In this document: positions 39,787-53,479 of the stretch, piece by piece
Position numbering within the stretch: the first letter of the stretch is position 1
Layout of the letters: each line of letters begins with the position of its first letter
Source of the DNA: Eledone cirrhosa
Taxonomy: Eukaryota
DNA: 64,000 bases
Reading direction: 5' to 3'
NCBI GenBank assembly: GCA_964016885.1
Contig: OZ024756.1
Location: 20,088,001-20,152,000, forward strand
Translations under genes and position numbers: made by a program
Notes under the pieces: generated by a model
What the model was told of the DNA's origin: nothing
The model's input: only the letters and a program-made list of their open reading frames with translations
The model's database searches: none

Positions 39787-39936
39787 TCGTTTCGTTATCA
39801 TAGAACTATGGCTGTCCAGAGTAAGTTCAAAGCTGTCCCAGTGCGAGTCAAGTTTCATGATGGTGTCTAGTCCTTGGCCAGCAAAGGAACGCAATAGCTT
39901 ATTCTTGGCCAGCACCTTTTCGAACATGTCTTTTAT
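39787..39936 (-). CDS. DYNC2H1: Dynein-2 heavy chain, exon 8 (IKDMFEKVLAKNKLLRSFAGQG...WDSFELTLDSHSSMITKR)
   Basis: ttcag| and |gtaagt; 150 nt; KN.LLR..AG.G and WD.FEL..SH motifs. Confidence 0.9.
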
Positions 39937-41449
39937 CTGAAAGAGAAACGAATCAAAGATTATATTTCAAGCACTATTATAGCATTGGAAACCAATTTTA
40001 AGTTTCATTAACACCAATATCTAAAAAAAAAAGCGAAAACCACAAAAACCCAAACACCAAATGCACCTCTCAGAAAATTTTATTTCTAGTAAACAAAGAC
40101 ATTTTTCAGAAGCCAACAGTAATTACCAGCTCTCCTTCATAGCCAATCTATTTTCCATTTAACAAAAACAGACAAAAAATGAAATCTATTCTCTCTTTTC
40201 TTCTGCTTAGATGGACTTCATTAAAAAGTGCATTACGATTAATAGCATTATTCCCTTTGTTTTTACCATGCTGTTTTCTCTGCCGCCTTTCTTGTCACAG
40301 TCAACGACATAATGGGGGAGTAGTAGTGGTGGTGGTGGTGGTGGTGGTGCCATCATTACCATCCTCATGTTATCATCATCATCACCACCATCATCATCAA
40401 TATCAATATCATCACCATCATCATTAGAATAAGCATGACAATCATCTATTTTTATCACCACCATCACCATCTCCACTACCACACCACCACCACCCCTACC
40501 AATTACACCTCATCAATGTTTCATTCCTCCCCATCATATACTACAATACAACTATCTTCTCCATATACACTAGATTATATTCTAATTTATCGACCAATAA
40601 ATTGTTTCTGCAATTATTTTCTAATTACTTTTCTTTGCTTTAGTCTTTAACCTCTCTCTCTCTATATATATGTGTGTGTGTGTGTGTGTAGTTAAAGAGT
40701 AACATTATTACACAGTGGGGCCAGTCCATTATAAGCAGTGGGGGAGAGGCAGTAGTGTTGACAGGTTGTTGACTTGCCCAGAAATTAAATATATATATAT
40801 ATATTGTATTCATTGTTAAACAGTCACAAGTATTAGCTGTTTGATGTAACAAACAGCAGGACCAGTCCATTATAGAGCTGTGGGGAAGTCTCTCTTCCCC
40901 ACAGCCAATAGGGTGGACAGGCAGTCCACTTTTGATGGTTTATTCTTAAATCTACATATTTATATTTATATATTTATTGTTAAACAGTTACAAGTAACAC
41001 ACAGCAGGGCCAATCCATTATAGAGCAGTGGGGGTAAGAGGTAATAAGGTGGACAAGTGGTCCACTTTCTCAGCTGCTAAATATATACTGTATTTATTGT
41101 TAAACAGCCACAAGTATCAGCTGTTTGATGTAACACACAGTGGGGCCAGCCCATTATAGAGCAGTGTGGGAAAGAGGTAGTACTGTTTACAGGCAATCCA
41201 CATGCTCAACAATTAAATACATTAACAAATATTTAGTTTCTTCTTTTTTAGCTTTGTCATGTGAAAGTTTGAAAAACTGTCCTAGTTAAGATTCTCTTTC
41301 ATCTTACCAGAGGTCAACAAACCAAACAGAAACCAATCATCTTGATCAGCCAATCAGAAACCATTTATCCTAATCAACCAATCAGAAACCATGGATCCTG
41401 ATCAACCAATCAGAAACCATGGATCCTAATCAGCCTATCCGAAACCATC

Positions 41450-42720
41450 CATCTGTATTTTATTGTGGCACAAGCAGTGTCACTTTACAGAATGTGCTGA
41501 GTATATTTTACTGTGGCACCATCACTACCACTTTACAGAATCTATTGGGTGTATTTTATTGTGGCACCATCACTACCACTTTACAGAATGTATTGGGTGT
41601 ATTTTACTGTGGTCCATCACTACGACTTCACAGAATGCACTGGGTGTATTTTATTGTGACACCATCACTACCACTTTACAGAATCTATTGGGTGTATTTT
41701 ATTGTGGCACCATCACTACCACTTTACAGAATGTATTGGGTGTATTTTACTGTGGTCCATCACTACGACTTTACAGAATGCACTGGGTGTATTTTATTGT
41801 GGCACCATCACTACCACTTTACAGAATGTATTGGGTGTATTTTATTGTGGCACCATTATTACTACTTTGCAGAATGTACTGGGTGTATTTTACTGTGAAC
41901 CAACACTACCACTTTACAGAATGTATTGGGTGTATTTTACTATGGCACCATCACCACCACTTTAAAGAATGTACTGGGTGTATTTTATTATGGCACCATC
42001 GCTACCACTTTACAGAATGTACTGGGTGTATTTTATTGTGGCACCATTATTACTACTTTGCAGAATGTACTGGGTGTATTTTACTGTGAACCAACACTAC
42101 CACTTTACAGAATCTATTGGGTGTATTTTACTATGGCACCATCACCACCACTTTAAAGAATGTACTGGGTGTATTTTATTATGGCACCATCACTACCACT
42201 TTACAGAATGTACTGGGTGTATTTTATTGTGGCACCATTATTACTACTTTGCAGAATGTACTGGGTGTATTTTACTGTGAACCAACACTACCACTTTACA
42301 GAATGTATTGGGTGTATTTTACTATGGCACTATCACTACCACTTTAAAGAATGTACTGGGTGTATTTTATTATGGCACCATCACTACCACTTTACAGAAT
42401 GTACTGGGTGTATTTTATTGTGGCACCATTATTACTACTTTGCAGAATGTACTGGGTGTATTTTACTGTGAACCAACACTACCACTTTACAGAATCTATT
42501 GGGTGTATTTTACTGTGACACCATTACTACCTCTTTACAGAATGTACTGGGTGTATTTTATTATGGCACCATCACCACCACTTTACAGAATGTACTGGGT
42601 GTATTTTATTATGGCACCATCACCACCACTTTACAGAATGTACTGGGTGTATTTTATTGTAGACCCAGCAATAACATATTACACAGTGTACTAGGTGTAT
42701 TTTATCATGGCACCATCACT
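41450..42720. repeat. 48-bp minisatellite with 191-bp higher-order repeat
   Basis: actttacagaatgtactgggtgtattttattgtggcaccatcactacc; ORF starts spaced 191 bp (41926, 42117, 42308, 42499). Confidence 0.95.
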
Positions 42721-44259
42721 AGAGAGGTTGACAAATCATCGACAAGGCCAAAGAGTCCTTTCTATTATTTGTCGTCAGAGGACCGTGTAAATTCCACTGT
42801 CATACCACTACTAAAGAGACTGGATCATCCACAGCAGGCTAATGGGACCTCTCCACTCCAACAATTCTCCAATATCTCTCCATATTCACTTACTGTTAGC
42901 ATGGTGGTGCTGGTGGGCTGATCTTTTCTAGAACAGAAAAGCACCATGTAACATGGTTCTGTGTTGTCTCCTCCATGATGTTCAGTTTCTTGAGGTTACT
43001 TTTCACACACACACACACATACATGTAGACGTGACGTTTATTAAGCTCTCATAAAACATACATATTCATGACAGCAGTTTCACTAAATATTAGTTTTTAG
43101 CTTTTGCTTAGGAAATTAACACATGGTGCATCTATTCTAAAACCCAATACTATTAATGCTTAACCTCCTGTACCACATGGAACCACATTAACCTCTTTAA
43201 TGCCGTAGACGAGATAACTTGTCCTAACATGCTTGAACTCCTCTCCAATAGTTCATAACTTCAAAGCTATGAACTCCTTTCCAACAGTACATAACTTCAA
43301 AGCTAGATGGGGTTACTAGTTTATTGATGTGATGTTTGTCAATCAAAACAGTCATTTTACTGAAAAAAAAACCCAGCACAGCAACTGTAGCTGTGTAAAA
43401 TATATGCGGCAGCAACAGGTTAAGACATTCTTGAAAAGTACTAAATGGCACTATAATTGCATCACATTATATAGGGCGGTGGATTGGCAGTATCGGTAGA
43501 GGGTCGGACACCATGCTGTGCAGCATAGAATTACGGCCCTTTATGGTCTGAGTTCAAATCATGCCGAGGTTAACTTTGCCTTTTATCCTTACGGGGTCGA
43601 TAAAATAAAGTACCAGTAATATACTGGGATAATTTCTGGCCTTGGATTAGAATTATCGGTAGAGGGTCGGACACCATGCTTTGCAGCACAGAGTTATGGT
43701 CCTTTGCGTTCTGAGTTAGCTTTACCATTCATCCTTATGGGGGTCTTTAAAATAAAGTATCAGTAATACACTGTGACAATTTATGCTGGCTTTGTGCCTA
43801 AATCAGAAACAATTAAATAGAAATGTCTTTAGCTTAATAATTTACGAATTTTTACAATAATCTGTCTGCTAATAGTAAAAAAAAGGATATAAACATTTCA
43901 CCCACATCCTAACACCCTACCCATCCCCAGATAAGTCCCCCACCCGACCCTAGATCTGCAGTTCCAATCCCCACATACCTAACCCACCACATTGCCCATC
44001 CCACATTGTGGCGTATAGGCAGGGCATCCAGTCATAGAAGCAAAGCCAAATTACAGTTCTGTGAGATCTAGCTTGTTTCACCATGTCAAAACAACTTGTC
44101 CAACCCATGCTAGTGTGGAAAAATGGACGTTAAGCAGTAATGATGATGATGATGATGATGATTTGAATTATCACTTCTGCTGAATCATTACAGGATGTGT
44201 TTGAAGGGTTAAAGAACACACAGATGGCTAGAGTATCAAATAAAACAATTATCTCTTAC

Positions 44260-44503
44260 TTCTTTCTGCTTCTCAACATATTCCATATGGCAGGTGTTGG
44301 CTGAAGTTATCTCATCCAGTGTATTAGGCTGGGTGGAGAGTTTCTCTATGGCTTCAGTGAGGAATGTGTCAATATACTTGACATCAGCACCGGTCTTCCG
44401 TTGCAAGCAGTTGACGAGGGCATCAAACAGTTGCTGGATGAGTTCATCAATGACAATCTTCACTGGAGATGTGTTTACTGTGATACAGCCGACTTTTACT
44501 TGG
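44260..44503 (-). CDS. DYNC2H1: Dynein-2 heavy chain, exon 7 (QVKVGCITVNTSPVKIVIDELIQQLFDAL...KQKE)
   Basis: attag| and |gtaaga; phase 2-0; PVKxVIDxLIQxLFD motif. Confidence 0.92.
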
Positions 44504-45949
44504 CTAATAAAATCAGAAGAAAAGAAAAAAAAAATTGTATTAAGAGAAACGCAGAGCTTGTATGAACCGAGGGAGAAGCTGGGTTCTAAGAGGAATCTGA
44601 AGTAGTGTGCAGGAGAGAAGACTGCGATGGTACAGACATGTGATCGTCATCATCATCATCATCGTTTAATGTCCATCTTTGACGCTAGCATAGGTTAGAC
44701 GGTTTTGTTCCATTTGATGCGGGATTGGTCAGGAGACCATGTCTTGCTCCTATGGAAGTGTCTCTGGCAGATTTTCTATGGCTGGATGCCCTTCCTAACA
44801 CCAACCAACCACTTTTACAGTGTGGCTGCACATGGATAATGATCATTGGGTGAAGAAGTGCCAGGAAATGCCAGTGGAAGGAAACAGCAGTAGAGATAGA
44901 CCAAAGAAGACCTGAGCAGAGGTGGTGAGAGTTGACCTCAAATTGAAGAGACTCACAGAGATGATGAAGGAATACAGCAAAAGGAAAAAGGCTGTACTGA
45001 AAAGACCCGTCTTATCCATGTAAGCATGGGAAAATGGTCATAAAAATGCTGCTGATGATGATTATGGAATTAGTAAAGTCAATTGATGAAAAACACCCAA
45101 TCTACCCTGTAAGGTGGACTGGGTGTTTTTCATCTGGCTTTCATCTGGTTTTTCATTGGCTGCTAACAAGAGTGAGACAGGTCTTCACAGACTGAGTCAG
45201 TACTCAGGATGAGTTGGAGGTCTTCATCTTGCTTTGATATGATCTCAGACTCTGCTAACTGTATTTTATCATGACACCAGCTCTAGTGAGGTTGTTATGT
45301 CTTTAACACAGATGAAGGGTGCATCCAACCCCCCCTTTTTTTTTTTGCAGGTTTTATATGGTTAGTGTACCTATTCTAAACACTGGGGTACAAAACCTTA
45401 TATGTAAGGACCCATAACTTGTAAGGGTGTTATAGGGAAGTCATATTGACATACAGCATTTATAGGGCATTTTTTAAAACTTGGTGCAGCCCATCTCCTC
45501 TCCAGGTCTGAACAGAGCAGATTTCTTCCAGAGAAGGATAGAGCGTGAGAGAATGGAAGTGCGAAAGAGATATAGAAGAATAAATTGACCCCAGTACTAG
45601 ACTGGTACTTTTTTTTTTATCGACCTCAAAAAAATAGATGAAAGACAAAGTTGACCTCAACAAAAAATACAACTGTTAAAATCTTATTAACAATATGAAT
45701 GTAAAATCCCACTGTGATTAGCTTTGCTTTTCATCCTTACAAAGTTGATAAAATAAAGTACCAGTAATGCACTGGGGTCGATTCAAACAACTTTCTCTTT
45801 CCCAAAAAATTGTTGGCCTTGTGCCTAAAGTAGAAACCATTATGAATACTAAATAGTGAATAGAACCAACAACACAGAATTTGGGAAATGGAATCAAGAA
45901 CAAAGAATTTTTTGAATAGAACCAAGAATAAAGAATTGGGAAAAATTAC

Positions 45950-46077
45950 TTTGGTAATTTGTCAGTGTTTCGGCTACGGAGCTTTAGTGCTTTTATGTTT
46001 CGTTCCCAGTCAGTAATATCCACAAGACATTGGTCTGCAAGTTCATTTATGTCAATGGTTCCAAGAGCAACCCAGTC
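45950..46077 (-). CDS. DYNC2H1: Dynein-2 heavy chain, exon 6 (DWVALGTIDINELADQCLVDITDWERNIKALKLRSRNTDKLP)
   Basis: cctag| and |gtaatt; DWE.N.KALK motif; phase 0-2; not in ORF track. Confidence 0.9.
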
Positions 46078-46672
46078 CTAGGAGATATCAGAGGAAAAAA
46101 GATTAACCCTTTCATTAATGTATTTCTAATGAGACACACTCTCCCCTATGGTTTTCAAATAATTTGGAAAATAATCAAGAAATTAGAAAGATTCAGCAAC
46201 ATAACTATCTGTTTCATTATTAAGCTGTTGTGTGGAAAATAATACATAAAATTGAAGGGTTTTAGATAAATATAGACACTTTAAAAGGAAACATTTTCTT
46301 TTTTGTAGAACCAGACAGTTAAACTTCCACATTATATGTTGATTGTTTTGTTTTTTCATTTGTTTGTATCAACACCTGTATATATAAATATATATATATT
46401 TATATATAAACAAAGAGATATTTAATTTGTTGGTTATTGAACAAATTTATTTATAACAGATTCAAAGCACTCTACAGATTTCTTCTGGAGTATAATATCA
46501 ATGATATTAATAAATGGAAACTATCTTTATAAAACCATATTTAATTTATTATATATATTTCAAAGGTACCAAAATATTTTGGTATACTCTCATCAGATAA
46601 AATACAAAAGTTGTTTCATAAATATTGACGTATCCAAAAAACAAGAACTTATCATTTTAAGTTCAACTTTTG

Positions 46673-46733
46673 TATCTTATCTGATGAGAGCCTACCAAAA
46701 TTTTGGTACCCTTGAAATATATATAATAAAATA
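46673..46733 (+). ncRNA. Type-I hammerhead motif, family A (mirror copy on minus strand at 46542-46604)
   Basis: TATCTTAT-CTGATGA-GAG CC TACCAAAA/TTTTGGTA CC CTT-GAAA-TATATATA-ATAAAATA. Confidence 0.75.
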
Positions 46734-46787
46734 AATATGGTTTTATAAAGATAATTTCCATTTATTAATATCATTGACATGTATATT

Positions 46788-46826
<39 letters not shown>

Positions 46827-47000
46827 GCTCTACCTGGAGCGACTCTCTGATCTATGCACTCTATCAAGTAACATTACTCCAAAATACTGTGGGTCTGCAT
46901 ATTTGACCAAATTACTTTTGAGGCCATTGTCCACAGCAAGCGATATAAAGAAATACAGAAATCAATAAAAATGTAAAGAAATTGATATTAAAGAAATCAC

Positions 47001-47229
47001 CTTGAATTGTTCATACACTGATTTCAGCTGCTTGAAGAGATTATCCATGTTTCTGTAACAAGTTACAAATCCACGCACATTCTTGTCGACAATCGTTCGA
47101 AACATCTGTGCATGGATTTTGTCAGACACACCCAAGAAGGTGTAGGGTTGACTCAGGAATTTCTTCATTTCTCTTGAGTACTTCTGTTTGGTCTGCTCAA
47201 ACGATGGAGAAAACTGTAGCTTCTGGTGC
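47001..47229 (-). CDS. DYNC2H1: Dynein-2 heavy chain, exon 5 (HQKLQFSPSFEQTKQKYSREMKKF...EQFK)
   Basis: ctcag| and |gtgatt; phase 2-0; LQFxPxFE..KY.REMK.F motif. Confidence 0.92.
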
Positions 47230-47301
47230 CTGAGAAATGAAACCGAAACCCTTTCATTTGTAGCAACTGATTGTTATAAGCTGATCAATTAAGCTGCTTA
47301 A

Positions 47302-47335
<34 letters not shown>

Positions 47336-47545
47336 TTCGTTTCTGAATTTGTTTAGCAAGATTCTTTATCTGAAATCGTGTGTTGAAACCGATATTGTTA
47401 TACTTTGGGAGGGTCATGTTGCCAATAAGAAACACACGCACCAGTTGCTTTCACTTCAATTTATTATAATAAATTTATAAATTTAGGAATTTATAAATTT
47501 CTGGTTGGTTGGTTGGTTCCACAACCAGATAGTTGTTTATATATT

Positions 47546-47588
47546 GTCAAAGTTCTTTCGTCACACATTCTGTGACTTCTTCAGTGAC
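47546..47588 (-). ncRNA. Type-I hammerhead motif, family H
   Basis: minus: GTCA-CTGAAGA-A-GTCACA GAATG TGTGAC-GAAA-GAAC-TT-TGAC; one extra A after the core. Confidence 0.7.
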
Positions 47589-47904
47589 TGGGGATTCTTT
47601 TCTTTGTTTTTGTGCCTCTCTTTTGTTCTGTCCTACGCCATTTTGTTTCTGTGTGTGTGTTGTGTGCTCAGTCTGCGCATGCGCCACATCCGGGTGTCTG
47701 TGTGTGTTTATATTTGTTTATTTATTTGTTTATTTACATGTTACCGGTTGGTTGTTTGTTCTATGTGTGTGTGTGTTTTCATTTTGTCCTTAATTGTAAG
47801 TTGTGATGTTGCTGTTCCACTCATATTTTCTATTATAATAAATTGAAGTGAAAGCAACTGGTGCGTGTGTTTCTTATTGGCAACATGACCCTCCCAAAGT
47901 ATAA

Positions 47905-47942
<38 letters not shown>

Positions 47943-47957
47943 GTATATATATATATA

Positions 47958-47997
<40 letters not shown>

Positions 47998-49229
47998 AAT
48001 CAGGAAAGAAGAGTGACACGGTTTGCTATACAACAAAGGTTTTTAATCTCCTTGCTGACAATTGTTTCTCTGAACTGGTAGGTCTAGAGATCGCTACCCG
48101 CTTATTTTCACGTTACTCGATCGCCAATACAAAGTTATAACCAGTCAGTTCATCGGAGCTTGCGAGAATGACGACAATATACAGGCATGAAAAGAATATA
48201 CAGGCTACTATATGTAGTAGTAATGGCATTCAGTCAGAACAATAACAACAATATCAACAATGCTAGCAATAAATTATTTGAAATAATCACAACATCAATC
48301 TAGGTGGGAAGTATAGTATATCCACGATTTTAGCGTGTAAAACTAGCTGACATGAGGCAGATGTATAAAATTGACATGTAAAAACTGTCGTAGGGTGTAT
48401 TATATCTAGTGTAAAGATAAGCTGGTGTCTTTAAACAATGTAGGTCAGGTGGTCGTAGTAAGATTCGGTTTTTATCTGACAGATGAAGGATTTATCACTG
48501 TAGTGAAATTTGTGTGGTCTATATTAGATGAGATTATATATCATCATCATCATCATCACCGTTTAACGTCCGTGTTCCACGCTTGCATGGGTTTGGACGG
48601 GGGTAGTCCCACTTGAGGCAAGAGTGATTGTCTTGCTCGCATAGGACTGTCTGGCAGGTTTTCTACAGTTGGATGCCCTTCCTAACACCAACCACATTTA
48701 CAGTGTGGGGCTGGGAGGTTTTTACCGTGTTGCCTACACGGCCACATTACAGCGTGGACTGTGTGTTTTTTTGTCGTGACACCTACACGATCTCATTTGT
48801 TTCGGCCTGGATGGTGTGGCACCAACATAACTTTACATAGAACGGGGTGGCGTGGATGGGTTGGGGGGTGGTGGGACGGGGGAACGAAGGAATTGTGGTA
48901 AGGAACCAGATGGACTATAACGCACCAGAGTACTCAATGCTTAGGGTAGTAGAGTGAGTAATAGGAAAAAGTATGACCCCGACGGCAGAGCTCAAGCCGT
49001 CGGGGTCATACTTTTTCCTATATATATACACGTATAAGTGGACATGGCAAAAAGCACTCAGTACACAGTCAATGTGGTTGGCATTAGGAAGGGCACCCAG
49101 CCATAGAAAACTGGCGAGAAACACACCTATATGAGCGAGACACGGTCACCCGACCCAACTTGCCTCTAAATGGGACCTGTCTAACCTATGCTAGCATGGA
49201 AGATATACGTTAATCAATGATGATGATGA

Positions 49230-49262
<33 letters not shown>

Positions 49263-50962
49263 AGTAGTCTGGTGACTCGGTTTAAACCCACTCGACCAAA
49301 GCAGTTTTTATATTTAGTAAGGAGGGGAGGGTAAGGAAGAGGAGGTACAGCTAGTTGTCCAGGTAGTTCTGAGGCACTGTAGGTCCTCAGCTACTCACTC
49401 GGACATGTTCTAATATAATTGCATTATTTTAGACACCATCATATGATTTCTGTGGCAAATTGGCTTCATTATGGCATTAATGTACTGACAAATTTCATTA
49501 ATTTACTTCTAGAAAAATAGCATTGAAAGTGAATATGAAGTGAAAGTAAATCTAAGTACTGGATTATTGCTACAATATCACAAAAGTAATTGAGATTCCT
49601 TGAAACAAAGTTACAAGTGAAAACAACGATCTTGTTGTATAAATACTGAAATATTTATATATATATAAATCTCGGACAGGGTGATGTGTTGTTTCCTTGA
49701 GCAAGACACTTTATTTCACATTGCACCAGTTTACTCAGCTGTAGAAATGGTCGTGGAGGTACCACGGCAAAAAAGCACCCAGCCCACACTGTAAAGTGGA
49801 TGTGTAGGCGCCACGGGAAAAAAAGCACCCAGCACTCACTGTAAATGAAGTTGGTGTTAGGAAGTTGGTGTAGAAATTAAGCCAGAATCAGTTCCCGTAT
49901 GAGCAAGACAAGGTCAGCCGACTGGACACTGCCCACAACAGGACAACCCATCTAACCCATGCTAGCGTGGAAGAACGAACGTAAAACGGTGATGATGATA
50001 ATGATATATATATATATAAATATATTCAAAATTAAATTAAGGGTTGTCATGTCTGAGACACATGCGCCATATCCACTGCAGAATAAGCTCAAAGATTCCA
50101 ATGAATAGATCCGAGCATTTTATATCGATTAGAAATTGATTGACATATATATATATACAGCATTTGATCTTTAACTTGATAAACAACAGAGGACAAGTGG
50201 CACATATCTTGCCATTTAAAAGAGACATTTTTTTTCTATTTTTTTTTCTCTTTAGTGAAAAGGGAAGGGCAATGTTCATGTATGACCTTTCTTCAAGGCC
50301 TCCCATACTGGTGTGTAAGAGAAAGGGAGGAAAGTCCAAATGCTTACAACAGAGTGGACTGCACTAAAGGCACCCACAAAGTGGTCCTACAGCATGGAAC
50401 CAGGAGAAGTGTATACCAACAAATACCAATAAATAAATGTTTCTACTTTTGGCACAAGGCCAGCAATTACCCCAGTGCATTACTGGTACTTTATTTTATC
50501 GATTCCGTAAGGATGAAAGGCAAAGTTAACCTCGGCGGGATTTGAACGCAGACCGTAAGGGGCCGTAACTCTATGCTGCAAAGTATAGCGTCCGACCCTC
50601 TACTGATACTGCCAATCCACTGGCATCCCGTAAATAAATAATTGCTTCTACTTTTTGGCACAAGGCCAGCAATTACCCCAGTGCATTACTGGTACTTTAT
50701 TTTATCAACCCCGTAAAGATGAAAGGCGAAGTTAACCTCGATGGGATTTGAACTCAGACCGTAAAGGGACGTAACTATGCTAGAAAGCACGGCATCCAAC
50801 ACTCTACCGATACTGCTAATTCAAGCCTTTACTGTGAAAATACAATAGTAAATATAGAGTAATGTAAATGCTAAAGAGTTAAAACACTCCATCCATTTTG
50901 GCTATTTTGACTCCCATCTCTCACCTCCTCACCACCATTTTAAATTAATGTGATATACTGAC

Positions 50963-51102
50963 TTAAACACAAGCTCAATCTTGATTTCTGCAATGTTTGT
51001 ATTGAGAGCTTCCAGGCCCCGCTGGTATTGATGTTCCAGAGTTTTGTAGAGTTGGTAGTTCCAGTGTAGGCGCCAACTGGTCATGCAGTCGCTTGAGTAA
51101 CC
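50963..51102 (-). CDS. DYNC2H1: Dynein-2 heavy chain, exon 4 (GYSSDCMTSWRLHWNYQLYKTLEHQYQRGLEALN...)
   Basis: tccag| and |gtcagt; HWNxQLYKxLEHQYQxGLEALN motif. Confidence 0.93.
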
Positions 51103-51657
51103 CTGGATGGGAGAAACAGAAGGGCAACAACAATAATAATGGTTAGGGCACAAGGCCAGCAATTTGGCGAGTGGGGAGGGAAGAGTGGAAAGTCCATGAT
51201 ATCAACCCCAGTATGTTACAGGTACTTTATTTTATCGACCCAGGAAGAATGAAATGTAAAGTTGACCATATCAGAATTTCAACTCAGAACAGAAAGGGTT
51301 GTAATTAAATGACACAAAGCATTTTGTTGGATGCTCTAATGATTCTGTCAATCCTCTGTTAGGAGAGAGAGAGATACAGTACCACATCTGTTTAGAGACA
51401 GTACATCTGTTAAGAGCAAGAGAGAGTACCACATCTGTTGTTCAGGGAATACAACAGAAACAGTGTAGGAATATTCAACATTCTCAATCAATTGATTTGT
51501 TAAAAGTACATTTGAAAGGTGAAACACGTCCTTCTAAATGATGAAAATAAAATTAAAATAAAATATAATGAAAGTGATTTAATAGAAAATTCTTGCTGAG
51601 TTTCCGTACATAAGTTTTATGATGTAATAAATGAGAGTTCTCTAAGAGCAAACAAAC

Positions 51658-51756
51658 CTGATTGAAAACAGCTGTTAGTGTATGCTTGATGTCCATTACA
51701 TAGTCTTTACATCTTTGCTGCTGGCGTAACAGATCTAGATTCATCAACTGTTGGAC
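51658..51756 (-). CDS. DYNC2H1: Dynein-2 heavy chain, exon 3 (VQQLMNLDLLRQQQRCKD...VFNQ)
   Basis: ggcag| and |gtttgt; LMNxDLLRQQQR motif; 99 nt, phase 0-0. Confidence 0.92.
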
Positions 51757-52380
51757 CTGCCAGTAATAGACAGAAAATGATACACAGTTATACACACACA
51801 AATTATATATATATATATATATAACAAAGGAAATGTGGTAAGGAACCAGATGGACCATAACGCACCAGAGTACTCAATACTTCGGGTAGTAGAGTGGGAA
51901 ATAGGAAAAAAGTATGGCCCCGACGGCAGAGCTCAAGCCGTTTCGACGGCTATTTCTGAGCTCTGCCGTCGGGGGTTATACTTTTTCCTATATATATATA
52001 TATATATATCATCACCATCGTTTAACGTCCATCTTCCTCCCCAAGTATAACAATATATATACTACCAAAATTATATTAAGGATGTCATATCTGAGAAGAA
52101 CAGAATCATGCGCCATACCATCTGTGGAATAAGCTCAAAGATTCCAAGTAGTAAATTTGAGCATTTATATTAAATTAAAAGTAGGATGACATATATATAT
52201 TAAATCAACACATCAAACAGGGGATAATTTTTAAAGAGTGTAAACACACATAGTTATGAGGTAACTATTGTCAGGTATATTCAAGGTTCTTGTTTAATTT
52301 TTAATATCAACGAACCTGCAGCAGCTGGGGCATCAAGGTATATAGGTAAAAGTTTTTTTCCTATCTTGCTTACTTTTCCC

Positions 52381-52412
<32 letters not shown>

Positions 52413-52472
52413 GTGGTGGAACACTGGAAGGTAATATCCGTAGTGATAGAACACTCAGTCCATTCACCATAC

Positions 52473-52510
52473 CGAGAACAATTGTTTCACCTTAGCGGAT
52501 CTTCAGCTCG
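52473..52510 (-). ncRNA. Minimal type-I hammerhead motif, family C (second copy; inverted partial copy at 52521-52544)
   Basis: minus: CGAG-CTGAAGA-TCCGCTAAGGT-GAAA-CAATTG-TT-CTCG. Confidence 0.7.
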
Positions 52511-52842
52511 TAATGTTTATGAGCTGAGGATCCGCTAAGGTGAAGTAACTGTTGTGTAACCACTTCTATCATTTCATCATCATTTCATTTTACGTCCGCT
52601 TTTCCCTGCTTGCAAGGGTGGGACGGGAACTGATACTGGCTTGATCTCTACAGCTGGATGCCCTTCCTAACACCAACCTCATTTACAGTGAGTGCTGGGT
52701 GCTTTTTTGCCGTGGCACCTACACGACCACTTTGCAGTGGAATGATAAGGACCTCAGTCCCTATCATCTCATTTCTACAGCTGAGTAAACTGGAGCAATG
52801 TGAAATAAAGTGTCTTGCTCAAGGAAACAACACATCACCCGG

Positions 52843-52879
<37 letters not shown>

Positions 52880-53067
52880 TACACACTGTGAATGTGGTTG
52901 GTGTTAGGGAGGGCATCCAGCCATAGAAAACCTACCAGAAACAATTCTGTATGAGTGAGACACAGTTTCCTGACCAATCTCGCCTCAAGTGGGACAAAAC
53001 CGTCCAACCCATGCTAGCATGGAAGATGGACATTAAACAATGATGATGATGATGATGATATTTATAT

Positions 53068-53114
<47 letters not shown>

Positions 53115-53297
53115 ATATAGAAAGGCTTCTACAGGACTAGAACTGTTTCATTCGGTAGAAAACATTTGGAAGTACTGAGTACCTTACTTACTGTGGTTAC
53201 CTCCCCCCCCCCCCCCCCCCGATTAAACCCGGGATAAAGGCAAAGTTAATGAATAATAATAATAATGCATAAGGGAACAAAGAATCTACATGTTAAC

Positions 53298-53389
53298 ACA
53301 TATCTGAGGAGCTTCCAATTCCAGATTCAGGATCGATCATTAATCGATCGTTCCTCGAGCCCATCCACAGTGAAACATATGTAATATGT
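53298..53389 (+). ncRNA. Type-I hammerhead motif, family E (second copy)
   Basis: ACATAT-CTGAGGA-GCT...AGT-GAAA-CATATG-TA-ATATGT; palindromic stem III ACATATGT. Confidence 0.7.
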
Positions 53390-53479
53390 AATTAAATATG
53401 TATATGATGCAATACTGATTCTTTCTTCCCTTGTATATTATTTTCTCTCTATATATATATTAGAGAGAGAATAATATAC

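Noticed and set aside
48465-48535. CAGATGA...GAAA hammerhead-like words (also 9190, 33110-33160, 52090)
   Set aside because: No convincing stems I and II around the core words
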